From the NCBI GenBank assembly GCA_041937175.2, contig CP166615.1, positions 2,848,001 through 2,912,000 on the forward strand: a stretch of 64,000 nucleotides of DNA, given 5' to 3'. Below, in pieces: positions 10,595 through 21,259 of the stretch. A program made the position numbers and the translations under genes. The DNA comes from Limnothrix sp. BL-A-16. GTDB lineage: Bacteria; Cyanobacteriota; Cyanobacteriia; CACIAM-69d. Numbering within the stretch: the stretch's first letter is position 1; each line of letters begins with the position of its first letter. The notes below the pieces were generated by a model. That model was not told the origin of the DNA and made no database searches. It saw only the letters and a program-made list of their open reading frames with translations.

Positions 10595-11338
10595 ACGTTG
10601 AACCAGAATCAGTGTGACATCATCATCGGTGCGCTGGGCAATTCGATCGGACTCCAAAAACGCCCGCAGCCGATCGATCACGACGGCCAGGTCTTCGCTT
10701 TGGGCTAAAAACCGAAACAGAGGCTGAAAAAACGGCTGAAAAGGCGATTGATCGGGTTCCTGTAAGGCCAGACGCTGCAAACCATCGGAAAATAGCGCGA
10801 GAGACTGCCAATCACCAAGCCAAGTGACCAACTGGGGCGATCGGGCGGCCCCTGGTTCCTGCAAAAATCGAGTTTCGTTGGCAAATTCTCCCTGTTCCGG
10901 CTGCGTGAGCGTTTGCCAATTGCCCTGGGCATCTTGAATCACCACTGCCCCATCGCCAATTTGGGCGATCGCCAATCCCGTGGGTAGGGCCACCGCCACC
11001 ACCAACGTACAAGCTAGCTCTCGCAGGGCTAAATCCCGATCGCGCGCTGCCCGATCGACCGCCCACTGCGCCGCCCGCACCACCGCCCGCAACAAGGGCA
11101 ACCAATCCGCCACCGATCGGGGCGATCGCCGCCGCTGCCAACGGGGCAACAGCGTTAAAACCGTTTCTACCGCCACCTGGGCCCCCAAATCGGAGGCACT
11201 GGCCGATCCGGCCCCATCAGCCACCACCGCAAATCCTGCCCGATCGCCCAAGGCCCAACCGCTGGCATCTTGGCAAGGTTCCGCCGCCCGCCGATGCCGA
11301 CTACCCGCCACCGACAGGGCGATCGATGCCATCCGCAT
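10583..11338 (-). CDS. PP2C-family phosphatase (TerY-P-like, PP2C_2)
   Basis: SV.GSRH......CQDA, VADGAGSA, IGDG, GEFANETRF, FSDGL, RTDDDVTL motifs; start chosen at first ATG. Confidence 0.85.
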   Translation of the reverse strand: MRMASIALSVAGSRHRRAAEPCQDASGWALGDRAGFAVVADGAGSASASDLGAQVAVETVLTLLPRWQRRRSPRSVADWLPLLRAVVRAAQWAVDRAARDRDLALRELACTLVVAVALPTGLAIAQIGDGAVVIQDAQGNWQTLTQPEQGEFANETRFLQEPGAARSPQLVTWLGDWQSLALFSDGLQRLALQEPDQSPFQPFFQPLFRFLAQSEDLAVVIDRLRAFLESDRIAQRTDDDVTLILVQRLVD

Positions 11339-11397
11339 CGATTCCAGTTGCACTTCCAGTTGCAGCGCTGCAACTTCCTGACCAGTGACGCTCAATC

Positions 11398-12711
11398 CTA
11401 ACTCCTGTCTACACAAACCAGCGGCAACTCAATCATAAAGGTTGTGCCCACCCCCAACTGGGACTCCAACCACAATCGACCGCCATGCTTTTCTTCAATC
11501 ACTTGTCGAGCCAGGGTTAAGCCCAAGCCGGTTCCTTTGCCCACCAATTTGGTCGTAAATAAATGCTCAAAAATCTGGCTTTGTAGCTCCTCAGCAATGC
11601 CGCGTCCATTGTCTTGAATGGCTAGACGAACCGATTTTTGATCCGCCGAGAGGGCAGTGGTGATGGTAATTTGGGGCGGATGTTCGCTGAGTTCTTGAAA
11701 GTTATGATCTTGACAAGCTTCATCTAGCTCATCGATCGCATTCGCCAGCAAATTCATAAATACCTGATTCAATTGACCGGCAAAACATTCTACTTCAGGC
11801 ACATCGCCATAATTTTTAACCACCTGAATGGCCGGCCGATGATCATGGGATTTCAAGCGATGTTTGAGCAATAAAATAGTGCTGTCCAGTCCATCTTGCA
11901 AATCAAAACCAACGGGATATTCACTATCCAATCGCGAGAAAGTTCTTAAGCTATCACTAATCGTTTTAATGCGATCGATTCCCTGATTCATCGACTCCAA
12001 AAGCTTGGGCAAGTCCTGGCGAATAAATTCTAAATCCACCTCTTCAATGAGTTGTTGCACCTGCTGATGGGGATCGGGGTGATATTCCGCATAGGCATTC
12101 AACAGGGCAAACAGATCCTCCAGATGCTCCAATGCAGGGCGAATATTGCCCTTTAAAAACCCCAAAGGATTATTAATTTCATGGGCCACCCCGGCGACCA
12201 AATTCCCCAGGGCCGACATTTTTTCACTTTGCACCAGTTGAATTTGGGCCTGCTGAAGCTGTTCTACCACCTGTTCGAGGGTCGTGGACTTTTCTAAAAG
12301 CTGAGCTTCGGATTCTTGCAAGCGTCGTTCGGCCATCACTCGATCGGTCACATCTTGGGCGATCGAATAAATGGATAGCATCCGGCCTTCATCATCAAAA
12401 ACCGGTGTGTTAATCCATTCACAGATAATGACACTGCCGTTTTTGCAAATATTTTCGTTCTGACAAACGATCGTTTTTCGTTCCTGTAAAAGGGCCTCCA
12501 TCAGCGGTTTAATTTCTATTTGTACGGCTGGCGACACGATACGGCTAACCGGTTGCAGGTAAATTTCTTCCGCAGCGTAGCCAAAAATTTCTTCAGCAGC
12601 CGGGTTCCAACTGAGCACACAGAAATCTTGGTTCCATTCAATCAGCGCTAAAGGAGTTTGCTGAATCAGGAAACTGAGTTTTTCAGTGATTCCAAGAAAC
12701 TGGTTTGACAT
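11398..12711 (-). CDS. PAS-domain sensor histidine kinase
   Basis: PAS (IEWN..WNPAAEEIFGY, ICEWINTP), H-box VAHEINNP, N-box QVFMNLLANA, DNGRG, GKGTGLGL; upstream alternative starts (12774, 12798) fall inside a MITE. Confidence 0.9.
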   Translation of the reverse strand: MSNQFLGITEKLSFLIQQTPLALIEWNQDFCVLSWNPAAEEIFGYAAEEIYLQPVSRIVSPAVQIEIKPLMEALLQERKTIVCQNENICKNGSVIICEWINTPVFDDEGRMLSIYSIAQDVTDRVMAERRLQESEAQLLEKSTTLEQVVEQLQQAQIQLVQSEKMSALGNLVAGVAHEINNPLGFLKGNIRPALEHLEDLFALLNAYAEYHPDPHQQVQQLIEEVDLEFIRQDLPKLLESMNQGIDRIKTISDSLRTFSRLDSEYPVGFDLQDGLDSTILLLKHRLKSHDHRPAIQVVKNYGDVPEVECFAGQLNQVFMNLLANAIDELDEACQDHNFQELSEHPPQITITTALSADQKSVRLAIQDNGRGIAEELQSQIFEHLFTTKLVGKGTGLGLTLARQVIEEKHGGRLWLESQLGVGTTFMIELPLVCVDRS

Positions 12712-12755
12712 GACAGTCAGTTGTTGAATGGAAAGACAATTAGCAATCTTGCTTA

Positions 12756-12878
12756 GTGGATGTCTGAAAAGCATCTTGGATTCTTTGCCAAGCACCAATC
12801 ATCACGAAGGCAAGGGGCTTAAGCCCCTTGTTTGCGATGACACCTGAAAGGAGTAGCTATGGCTTTTCAGACATCTAC
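12756..12878. mobile_element. MITE-like element, family B copy 1
   Basis: TIRs GTGGATGTCTGAAAAG / CTTTTCAGACATCTAC flanked by TTA on both sides; perfect core palindrome at 12811-12830. Confidence 0.75.
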
Positions 12879-12894
12879 TTAGGGATAACTCTTA

Positions 12895-13025
12895 GAGGAT
12901 GTTTGAAAAGTATCTTTTGGCCTGTGCCAAACACCAATGGTTGTGGGAGCAAGGGGCTTAAGCCCCTTGTCTACGTCGATCACTGGAGCGGACAGAGTAG
13001 CAATTTTGGCTTTTCAGACATCCTC
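12895..13025. mobile_element. MITE-like element, family B copy 2
   Basis: TIRs GAGGATGTTTGAAAAG / CTTTTCAGACATCCTC flanked by TTA; perfect core palindrome at 12950-12969. Confidence 0.78.
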
Positions 13026-13439
13026 TTAGCAAGCTACCCAAACACTAAACATCAAACAATCAGCCTAGGGCAGACCACAATTATGAATATCTGCATCGGA
13101 TTGGATATTTATGAGGAGCGCCAAAAGATTAGAAATTTAAATTTGAGCTGCAAAATGTGCAAATAGCGCCAAGTCTTCTTCAATGTTAACGGATGATCTG
13201 AATGGCCGCCGTAAATTTGTGATGTTTGTAGTTAAAGTTTCGATAATGCATCATCACAAATTAATCCCCTGCCTTAGCTGCCGATCAGTGTTGCGTTAAA
13301 GTTCTGAATTAATTTTTCTCAATTTTGCGCCAAAAATCAGCAGGGATGCGATTAGCACGCAATCTCGACTTCATTCGGGTCAAGGCGCATTCATTCGCCT
13401 TGAAGATTCATCTAAGGCGATCGCCCGTTCCAGCGGTTC

Positions 13440-13585
13440 TAGGGCCTGTCGTCATTTCCTGGAACCTAGTAAAAACGGTTGATCTTGCATACCCTAACCG
13501 CCCTAAACAAGGGGCTTAAGACCCTTGCTCCCCACGATCGGTTAACGGCAGATCGTGGGTTTCGTGCTCAACGACGACCCCCCTA
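13440..13585. mobile_element. MITE-like element, family A copy 2 (146 bp)
   Basis: TAGGGCCTGTCGTCATTTCCTG left end, CGACGACCCCCCTA right end, core palindrome at 13508-13527. Confidence 0.72.
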
Positions 13586-13597
13586 AACCGATTTTGC

Positions 13598-15529
13598 CTA
13601 GACCAATCGCGATTGGCGATAGAACTGCACCCGATCGCGCAGGGTATTGGCCGGGGTTTCTTGGCTCCAATGTTCCACCAAGGCATGGCCCAAGGCCCAG
13701 GCTTCCTGCTCCGGCGGTTGTTTGTTGTCGGTCACTAACGGCCACAGGGACAGCCAATCTAAATTGCGCGATCGCGCTTCGCCGTCCAAGCGGGCTGTTG
13801 GTTGCAGTAGGCTAAACAGGTCGTAGGCCAGTTGCAGTTTGCCAACCACCAAGGGTAATTGCTCGATCGGGATGCGCTCGGCCAGCAGATAGGCCAAGGT
13901 TGGAGAGCCGGTCATCACCCGCGAAATCAGTTGCAGAACAGGGCTTTTGAGAAACAGGGCCAGCCCTTGGGCGGTGGACATTTGGAACACATATTTATCA
14001 ATGATGCAAGCGGCGGCCGTGGCGCGGGCTTCCCGATCGCGCAGAAAGCGGGCCAGGCGCAGTTCCTGGGCTGGGCCGATCGCCTCTAGCAAAGCGAGGG
14101 AGAGGGTTTCCAGGCCCCAGGGCCCCCGTTCCCCCAACACCACGGGCAAGAATTGATCGCAATGGGCCCCCAGTAACTCAGCGCGATATTGCACAGCTTC
14201 TCGAATCGACTGCTCCTTGGGTCGATCGCCTCCCAGCCAGTCGTAGGGCGGTTGCCACTCTCGCAGGGGCCGCAAGCGATCCACCTGGGAAATGACCCCA
14301 ATCACCGGGGCTGTTACCCCAGCGGCCTGCAAATCCCGCAAACAGTCCAAATCCATCTGTAATGCCGGATCCAGCGCTGGAGTCACCAACAGGATCAAAT
14401 CTGCGGCCCGAGCGGCCGCCCGGGCTTGCTCTCCGGCCGTTGGGTTGCCCGCCTGTTCGTAGCCCGGTGAGTCCCATAGCCGCAACTGATCGCCCGTAGC
14501 GGCCACCCACTCATAGCTCACCACCCGATCCGTGTTGGGTAGCACATCCGTTTCCGCCAACTCCGCCGCAAACAGCCCATTCACCAAACTACTTTTGCCA
14601 GCTCCCGTTCGCCCCAACAGCAACACATTCACCACGGCGGTGGCGATCGCCTCTTCCGGTTCCGCTTGGGCAATCAAGGCTTGCAGAGTTTCGGTTTGGG
14701 CCTGGGGAATGGGTGAGGCGATCGGGGCGAAATTCTCCGGCGGCAACCCGGCCCCGCCGTACAGGGCGATCGCCTGGCGCGCCAAATTCCGCAAAGCCGC
14801 TTCCCGCAACACTTGCCCCAAATTCGCCAACAGGGCGCGATCGGCCCGATTGCTGGAGCCTTGGGTGATCGTTCGAGCCACCGCCGCCACCGGATTCAAA
14901 AACCACTGGGCCCACTGCCAAGCCCGAAACGCCTTGCGCATGGAAGGCTCCAGCTTTTGATACAGCGTATAGGTCTCATAGGCTTGGCCCACGGTCACCT
15001 GGCCCAAAACCGGCTCCAGTTGCTGCATCCAGCGATCCAAATCATCCACCGTCCCCCGCATTAACCGATAGGCTTGGGGCACATAGATACTGAGCAAGGG
15101 ATAGCTGGACTCCGGGTAATAGGCCCGAGCCACCGCCGTTGTTAAGCTCAAACAGCGCTGCCAAAACTGATCCCAATTTTCCCAAGGGGCCGGGTCGTTT
15201 TGGGAAGCTTGCAACAGTTCCGTCAAGGCCACTTCCGCCCGCGCCAACGCGCCTTCATTCACCGGCACAGCAGCCCCGCCCCGTTTTTCCCAATCCGCCA
15301 ACCCCGCCGAGGCGATCGCCGCTTCCACTTGTCCCACCATGGATTTTGTCCAGTGCACCAGCAACCAGCGCCAGCCCACCAGCACCAGCGTAAACAGCCC
15401 CCAAATCCAACTTAAGCCCCAAGCGTGCAACTGGGAGCCGGCCGCCCACAGCACCACTCCCACCATCACCACCAACGGCAGCGCCAACACCACCCACTGC
15501 CACCGCGCCAGTCGCACCATTGCCGCCAA
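13598..15529 (-). CDS. Membrane-anchored GTPase family protein (MMR_HSR1-type)
   Basis: Two N-terminal TM helices; G1 GRTGAGKSS, G3 DSPG, G4-like SQVD. Confidence 0.82.
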   Translation of the reverse strand: MAAMVRLARWQWVVLALPLVVMVGVVLWAAGSQLHAWGLSWIWGLFTLVLVGWRWLLVHWTKSMVGQVEAAIASAGLADWEKRGGAAVPVNEGALARAEVALTELLQASQNDPAPWENWDQFWQRCLSLTTAVARAYYPESSYPLLSIYVPQAYRLMRGTVDDLDRWMQQLEPVLGQVTVGQAYETYTLYQKLEPSMRKAFRAWQWAQWFLNPVAAVARTITQGSSNRADRALLANLGQVLREAALRNLARQAIALYGGAGLPPENFAPIASPIPQAQTETLQALIAQAEPEEAIATAVVNVLLLGRTGAGKSSLVNGLFAAELAETDVLPNTDRVVSYEWVAATGDQLRLWDSPGYEQAGNPTAGEQARAAARAADLILLVTPALDPALQMDLDCLRDLQAAGVTAPVIGVISQVDRLRPLREWQPPYDWLGGDRPKEQSIREAVQYRAELLGAHCDQFLPVVLGERGPWGLETLSLALLEAIGPAQELRLARFLRDREARATAAACIIDKYVFQMSTAQGLALFLKSPVLQLISRVMTGSPTLAYLLAERIPIEQLPLVVGKLQLAYDLFSLLQPTARLDGEARSRNLDWLSLWPLVTDNKQPPEQEAWALGHALVEHWSQETPANTLRDRVQFYRQSRLV

Positions 15530-15834
15530 CTCCCAAGGCTACGGCTCCCATTCTAGAAACCGAAAGTGGCGATCGACCAAGCTTTTTTATCATTAGTGAG
15601 AAAGGGCTGCGAAATTATCGCCCCACGGCAGTCGTTAATTGTTCGATCGGGAAAAGCGATCGGGGCGATCGGTTGACCAAACAGCAAGATCAGGAGATCG
15701 TCATAGCCCTAAAAATATTGAGATTGGCATCTCACAGAGAGAAATTGCTAAGCTAGATACCTTGATTGCTTGACGATTCAATCAATTAGGAACCCAAAAA
15801 CGCCTAATTACGGCTAAATAACGGATCAACTCAT

Positions 15835-18800
15835 ATGCCCGCACTGAAAACCTCTTCAACGAATTCTTCTCCTGAAATTCCTGGATATGGAATCATTGAG
15901 CAGATTCATCATGGGTCACGCACATCCGTTTATCGCGCCGTGCAGCACAGCAATCAGCAAATCGTTATCTTAAAAGTCCTACATTCAAACTATCCCACCT
16001 TTGGTGAATTAATTCAGTTTCAAAATCAATACACAATCACTCAAAATCTTGACGTTTCAGGAATTGTGAAACCCCTGGGACTAAAGCCCATTGGCAATAG
16101 CTATACCCTGGTCATGGAAGACTGTGGTAGCATCTCTCTTCAGCAATATTGTCGGCAACAACAACTCAAGCTGATTGATGTGCTAACAATTGCTCTGAAA
16201 ATGACTACCATTCTTCAAGAGCTACACCAACAACGAGTTATTCATAAAGATGTTAAACCTGCCAATATTCTTATTCATCCCCAATCGAAAGAAATCAAAT
16301 TAATTGACTTTAGCATCGCCTCTTTACTACCCAAAGAGACACAAGAAATCCAGAATCCAAACGTCCTCGAAGGAACCCTTGCTTATCTGGCACCAGAGCA
16401 AACTGGGCGGATGAATCGAGGCATCGACTACCGCGCCGACTTCTACGCCTTGGGCGTGACGTTGTATCAACTCCTCAGTGGCCAACTACCATTTGAATCC
16501 GATGATCCAATGGAGTTGGTGCATTGCCACATCGCTAAAGTACCTGTGCCCGTTGAACAAATCAATCCAGCGATTCCAAAGACCGTAGGGGCGATTGTTG
16601 CTAAGTTAATGGCCAAAAATGCGGAAGATCGCTATCAAAGTGCCCTAGGACTAAAACATGATTTGCAACAATGTTTAACCCAATGGCAGGAAACAGGTGC
16701 TGTCACTGATTTTGAATTGGGTCAGCGGGATTTGAGCGATCGCTTTCTGATTCCCGAAAAACTCTATGGCCGCGAAACCGAGGTTCAAGCATTGCTGAAT
16801 GCCTTCGATCGCGTTTCTCAGGGCACCTCAGAACTCATGCTGGTGGCTGGATTTTCTGGAATTGGTAAAACTGCTGTAGTGAACGAAGTTCACAAGCCAA
16901 TTACCCAGCAAAAGGGCTATTTCATTAAGGGAAAATTTGACCAATTCAATCGTAATATTCCCCTGCTGGCATTTGTACAAGCCTTACGCGACTTGATGGG
17001 GCAGCTTTTATCAGAATCCGATGCGCAATTAGCCCAATGGAAGATCAAGATTCTCGAAGCAGTCGGTAACAATGGTCAAGTTCTGATTGATTTAATTCCT
17101 GAGCTGGAACAGATCATTGGATTGCAACCCCCTGCCCCCGAGCTTTCTGGCGAAGCCGCCCAAAATCGCTTTAACCGTCTATTTCAAAACTTCATTCGAG
17201 TTTTTGCTAAGCCCGAGCATCCCCTTGTCATTTTTATCGATGACCTGCAATGGGCTGACTCCACTTCTTTGAGTGTGATGCAAAACTTGTTGACGGAAGC
17301 TTGCTCCCATGCTCAGTGTCTTTTGGTTTTGGGAGCCTATCGAGATAATGAAGTGCTTCCTGGTCATCCCTTTTTAATCACTGTTAAGGCCTTAGAAAGT
17401 GCCCATATTCCCCTGGAAACCCTCATTCTCGGCCCCTTGAGTGAGGAGAGCCTAAACCAGTTAATTGCTGATACTTTCCGAGCCACCAGCAGCAAAGTAC
17501 AGCCCTTAACCCATCTGGTTATGCAAAAGACCCAGGGCAATCCATTCTTTGCGACCCAATTCCTCAAAGCGCTACACCAAGATCATCTCATTACCTTCGA
17601 TCGGGAAGCGGGTCACTGGCAATGCGACTTAGTGCAGGTACAAGATGCGGCCCTAACCGATGACGTGGTGGAGTTCATGGCCTTGCAATTGCAGAAATTA
17701 CCCATAGCTACACAAGAGCAGCTTAAATTTGCAGCCTGTGTCGGGGCCAGATTTGACCTCAAAACCTTGGCAATTGTGTCAGAACAGAGCGAAATTCAAG
17801 CGGCTTCAGCCCTATGGTCAGCGCTGCAAGAGGGGTTGATTTTGCCGGAGGGCAAAATTTATAAGTTCTACGCGGATCGCGATTCATCCCAGGTCGATCA
17901 ATCTTGGGGTGAAGAGATTTCTGGGCAAATTCAGTACCGCTTTTTTCATGATCGGGTGCAACAGGCCGCCTACTCACTGATTCCTGAAGATCAAAAACAG
18001 GTCACTCACCTGAAGATGGGTCAGTTACTCCAAAGCCGTTTGTCGGCAGCCGAGCGCGAGGAAAAACTGTTTGATATTGTCGGCCATTTGAACCTAGGGC
18101 ATCGATTATTAAGTCAGCAACATGAGCGGGAGTCTTTGATTCGCCTCAATCTTGCCGCAATCGAAAAGGCTAAAAAGGCAACCGCTTACGGTGTGGCTCA
18201 GGATCTCGTAACGATCGGGCTGGAATTACTTTCAGAAGAACCGTGGCAAAACCAGTATGAGTTGAGCTTAAAGCTCCATCAAATGGCTGCTGATGTGGCC
18301 TGTTTAAAGACCGATTTTGAGGAAGCAATCACCCAAGTTCAACAGGTTTTAGATCAGGCCCAGACGGTCTTGGATAAAGTGCCCGTTTACATGGTGAAAA
18401 TCAGGGTTTTGACGGCTCAGGATCGGTTAGCAGAGACGCTCGCCGTTGCGGCCCAAGCCATCACTCAATTAGGGGTCGAGTTTCCCTCAGAGATCACATC
18501 AAACATCAGCGCCCAAGCTGTGCAAAGGGCAGAGATCGAGTTAGAAGGGAAAGTGATTGAGAATTTGATCAACTTGCCCGTCATGGATGACCCAACCATC
18601 ATTGCTGCCATGGAATTGTTGGGAATGATCATGCCAGCGGTATTTCTTGCCAACCCCACATTGCTGCCCTTTGTTTGCGCCAAAATTGTGAGTCTGTCGC
18701 TCCAGTTTGGCAATGCGCCTGTTTCAAGTGTTGGCTATGCCACCTACGGCTTGGTTTTAGCCACGGGATTGGGTCAGGTCGATCGGGGCTATCGCCTGGG

Positions 18801-21258
18801 GAAAATGGCCTTAGCTTTAATCGATCGGCTCAATACAAAAGCATATAAGTGCCTGGCCATTCTTTTCTTTTCTGCCTGTGTCCAGCATCAGAAAGAGTCA
18901 ATGACTGCCATGGCTGATCTGCTCAAGCAGGGATATTTAGCCGGAGTGGAAGCGGGTGATTTTTTGTATGTAGGCTATTGTCTAGCCCACTATTTTTACG
19001 CTCATTTCTATGCGGGGAAAGAACTAACTGCCCTCCAAACAGAAGTTAATCAATTTCGTTCTGCTATTGCTTCCCTCAAGCAAGATAGTGCCCTGGCATA
19101 CTTGCAAATGACGAATGAATTCTTTGATCGCTTGCTCGTAACACACCACCAACCCACTCTCTTGATTGGCGATAGTTACGACGAGACGAAGGTTTTTCCA
19201 CGGCATCTTCAAAATCAGCAATTGACAGATCTTGGAATTGCTTACGCCTACAAGCTGATCTTGGCCTACTTGTTTGGTGACCATAGCCTTGCTTTTGAAT
19301 ACCTCAATGAAGTTAAGAAATATTTAGATAACATCGTCGGGATGCTGCATATTCCCGCCATTCATTTCTATGGGGGATTAACGTATCTCGCGGTGGCTGC
19401 CGGTAAGCCTGAAGATGAGCAATTAGAACTACTTGCTTTGGCGGAACAGCACTACGCTAGCCTATCTGCTTGGGCAGACAATGCTCCAATGAATTACCAG
19501 CATAAGCTGGATCTCCTGGCAGCAGAAAAACATCGGTTTTTGGGCAATGTCTTGGAGGCTATTAACAGCTATGAGCAGGCCATTGCGGGTGCTAAAGCCA
19601 ATGGCTTCATGCAAGAAGAAGCTTTAGCCAACGAATTGGCAGCTAAATTCTATCTCGATTGGGGTAAGGAAAAAATCGCCGCCAGTTATATGCAGGAAGC
19701 CTACTATGGCTATGCTCGCTGGGGGGCAAAGGCCAAAGTTATTGATTTAGAGCAGCGCTACGCCCAATTACTGCAACCGATTCTGCAAGCGGCTAATCAA
19801 CCCTTCGCCCTTTTAGAAACCCTAGCGACGATCGCAAATCCTGCTGATTCACCACGCGCCACTCCGCATGGAAGTTCTAGCGGCAGCATTAACCAAATGC
19901 TTGATTTTACTGCCCTGCTACAGGTCTCTCAAAATCTGGTCAGCACGATCGCCCTGGATGAATTGCTACAAACCCTAGCTCAGACGATGTTGAAAAACTC
20001 GGGAGCCGATCGATGTGCCTTAATCCTTTGGGAGGACGATCGATGGCAAGTGAGAGTGATGGCCAATCCAGAGCAGGTGACACTTCAATCAACACCCTTA
20101 GACGATAATCCCAACATTCCGATCAGGCTCATTCAATATGTGAAGAACTTGGCGATGACGGTTGTGATCAATGACCTTGATACCGATTTGCCTGTAATTG
20201 GTGATTATCTAAACTGCTATCAGCCCAAGAGTGCCTTGTGTTTGCCGATTCTCAATCAGGGTAATCTGCGGGCTATTTTATACCTGGAAAATCGATCAAC
20301 TAGTGGTGTATTTACCAATGATCGCATCACTATTCTGAAGTTTCTTTGCAGCCAAGCCGCCATTTCCCTGGAAAATGCTCGGCTTTATCAACAAGCTCAA
20401 ACCTATGCTCAACAGTTGGAACAGTCCCAATTGCAAATGGTGCAGAGCGAGAAAATGGCTTCTCTCGGAAACCTAGTGGCGGGGGTGGCCCATGAAGTTA
20501 ACAACCCGATCGGCTTCCTCAATGGCAGCATTAACAATGGCAAGGATCACGTCAAAGACCTACTAGAACATTTGTCCCTGTATCAGCAGCATTATCCCAA
20601 TCCCGCTGTTCCAATTCAGGATCATGCTGAAGATATCGACTTGGAATATATTTGCGAAGATCTACCTCAGTTGCTCAAGTCAATGCAAGGGGCAACCGAT
20701 CGAATTAAATCGATTAGCACCAGTCTCCGCATTTTCTCTCGCGCCGATACGGAATATAAGGTGAGTGCAAATTTGCATGAGGGGATTGACAGCACGGTGC
20801 TGATTTTGAAATACCGACTCAAGGCAAATCCGTTTCGTCCGGCGATCGAGATCAAGACGCATTATGGACACATCCCGGAAGTGGAGTGTTTTCCCGGACA
20901 GATTAACCAGGTGTTTATGAATATCCTGGCCAATGCGATCGATGTGTTTGATGAAATGGTGCAAGGTCGATCGTTTAAGGAATTGGAAGCGCATCCCCAA
21001 ACTATTACGATCAGCACAACGGTTGTTGATGATCAAGTGCGGATTTCCATTCGGGATAATGGCAAGGGCATCAGCGAGGAGGTGCAAGCCAAAATTTTTG
21101 ACCATTTGTTCACCACGAAAGGTGTGGGTAAAGGTACGGGGTTAGGGCTAACGATCGCCCGCCAAATTGTCGAGAAAAAACATGGCGGCAGTTTGACAGT
21201 TCAGTCAGAATTGGGACAAGGAACTGAATTTTTGATTCAACTGCCGATTAAAGGCTAG
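15835..21258 (+). CDS. Multidomain Ser/Thr kinase - AAA ATPase - GAF - histidine kinase (HstK/Pkn-type)
   Basis: IHKDVKPANI and DFS kinase motifs; Walker A GFSGIGKT, Walker B IFIDDLQWAD; GAF (ILYLEN..F); VAHEVNNP and GKGTGLGL. Confidence 0.92.
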   Translation: MPALKTSSTNSSPEIPGYGIIEQIHHGSRTSVYRAVQHSNQQIVILKVLHSNYPTFGELIQFQNQYTITQNLDVSGIVKPLGLKPIGNSYTLVMEDCGSISLQQYCRQQQLKLIDVLTIALKMTTILQELHQQRVIHKDVKPANILIHPQSKEIKLIDFSIASLLPKETQEIQNPNVLEGTLAYLAPEQTGRMNRGIDYRADFYALGVTLYQLLSGQLPFESDDPMELVHCHIAKVPVPVEQINPAIPKTVGAIVAKLMAKNAEDRYQSALGLKHDLQQCLTQWQETGAVTDFELGQRDLSDRFLIPEKLYGRETEVQALLNAFDRVSQGTSELMLVAGFSGIGKTAVVNEVHKPITQQKGYFIKGKFDQFNRNIPLLAFVQALRDLMGQLLSESDAQLAQWKIKILEAVGNNGQVLIDLIPELEQIIGLQPPAPELSGEAAQNRFNRLFQNFIRVFAKPEHPLVIFIDDLQWADSTSLSVMQNLLTEACSHAQCLLVLGAYRDNEVLPGHPFLITVKALESAHIPLETLILGPLSEESLNQLIADTFRATSSKVQPLTHLVMQKTQGNPFFATQFLKALHQDHLITFDREAGHWQCDLVQVQDAALTDDVVEFMALQLQKLPIATQEQLKFAACVGARFDLKTLAIVSEQSEIQAASALWSALQEGLILPEGKIYKFYADRDSSQVDQSWGEEISGQIQYRFFHDRVQQAAYSLIPEDQKQVTHLKMGQLLQSRLSAAEREEKLFDIVGHLNLGHRLLSQQHERESLIRLNLAAIEKAKKATAYGVAQDLVTIGLELLSEEPWQNQYELSLKLHQMAADVACLKTDFEEAITQVQQVLDQAQTVLDKVPVYMVKIRVLTAQDRLAETLAVAAQAITQLGVEFPSEITSNISAQAVQRAEIELEGKVIENLINLPVMDDPTIIAAMELLGMIMPAVFLANPTLLPFVCAKIVSLSLQFGNAPVSSVGYATYGLVLATGLGQVDRGYRLGKMALALIDRLNTKAYKCLAILFFSACVQHQKESMTAMADLLKQGYLAGVEAGDFLYVGYCLAHYFYAHFYAGKELTALQTEVNQFRSAIASLKQDSALAYLQMTNEFFDRLLVTHHQPTLLIGDSYDETKVFPRHLQNQQLTDLGIAYAYKLILAYLFGDHSLAFEYLNEVKKYLDNIVGMLHIPAIHFYGGLTYLAVAAGKPEDEQLELLALAEQHYASLSAWADNAPMNYQHKLDLLAAEKHRFLGNVLEAINSYEQAIAGAKANGFMQEEALANELAAKFYLDWGKEKIAASYMQEAYYGYARWGAKAKVIDLEQRYAQLLQPILQAANQPFALLETLATIANPADSPRATPHGSSSGSINQMLDFTALLQVSQNLVSTIALDELLQTLAQTMLKNSGADRCALILWEDDRWQVRVMANPEQVTLQSTPLDDNPNIPIRLIQYVKNLAMTVVINDLDTDLPVIGDYLNCYQPKSALCLPILNQGNLRAILYLENRSTSGVFTNDRITILKFLCSQAAISLENARLYQQAQTYAQQLEQSQLQMVQSEKMASLGNLVAGVAHEVNNPIGFLNGSINNGKDHVKDLLEHLSLYQQHYPNPAVPIQDHAEDIDLEYICEDLPQLLKSMQGATDRIKSISTSLRIFSRADTEYKVSANLHEGIDSTVLILKYRLKANPFRPAIEIKTHYGHIPEVECFPGQINQVFMNILANAIDVFDEMVQGRSFKELEAHPQTITISTTVVDDQVRISIRDNGKGISEEVQAKIFDHLFTTKGVGKGTGLGLTIARQIVEKKHGGSLTVQSELGQGTEFLIQLPIKG

Positions 21259-21259
21259 A

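Noticed and set aside
12828..13166. 112-aa ORF, and similar short ORFs at 13325-13519, 22799-22993 and 49643-49972
   Set aside because: They run through MITE/REP sequence (e.g. KGLKPL is the translated core palindrome) and lack protein-like features
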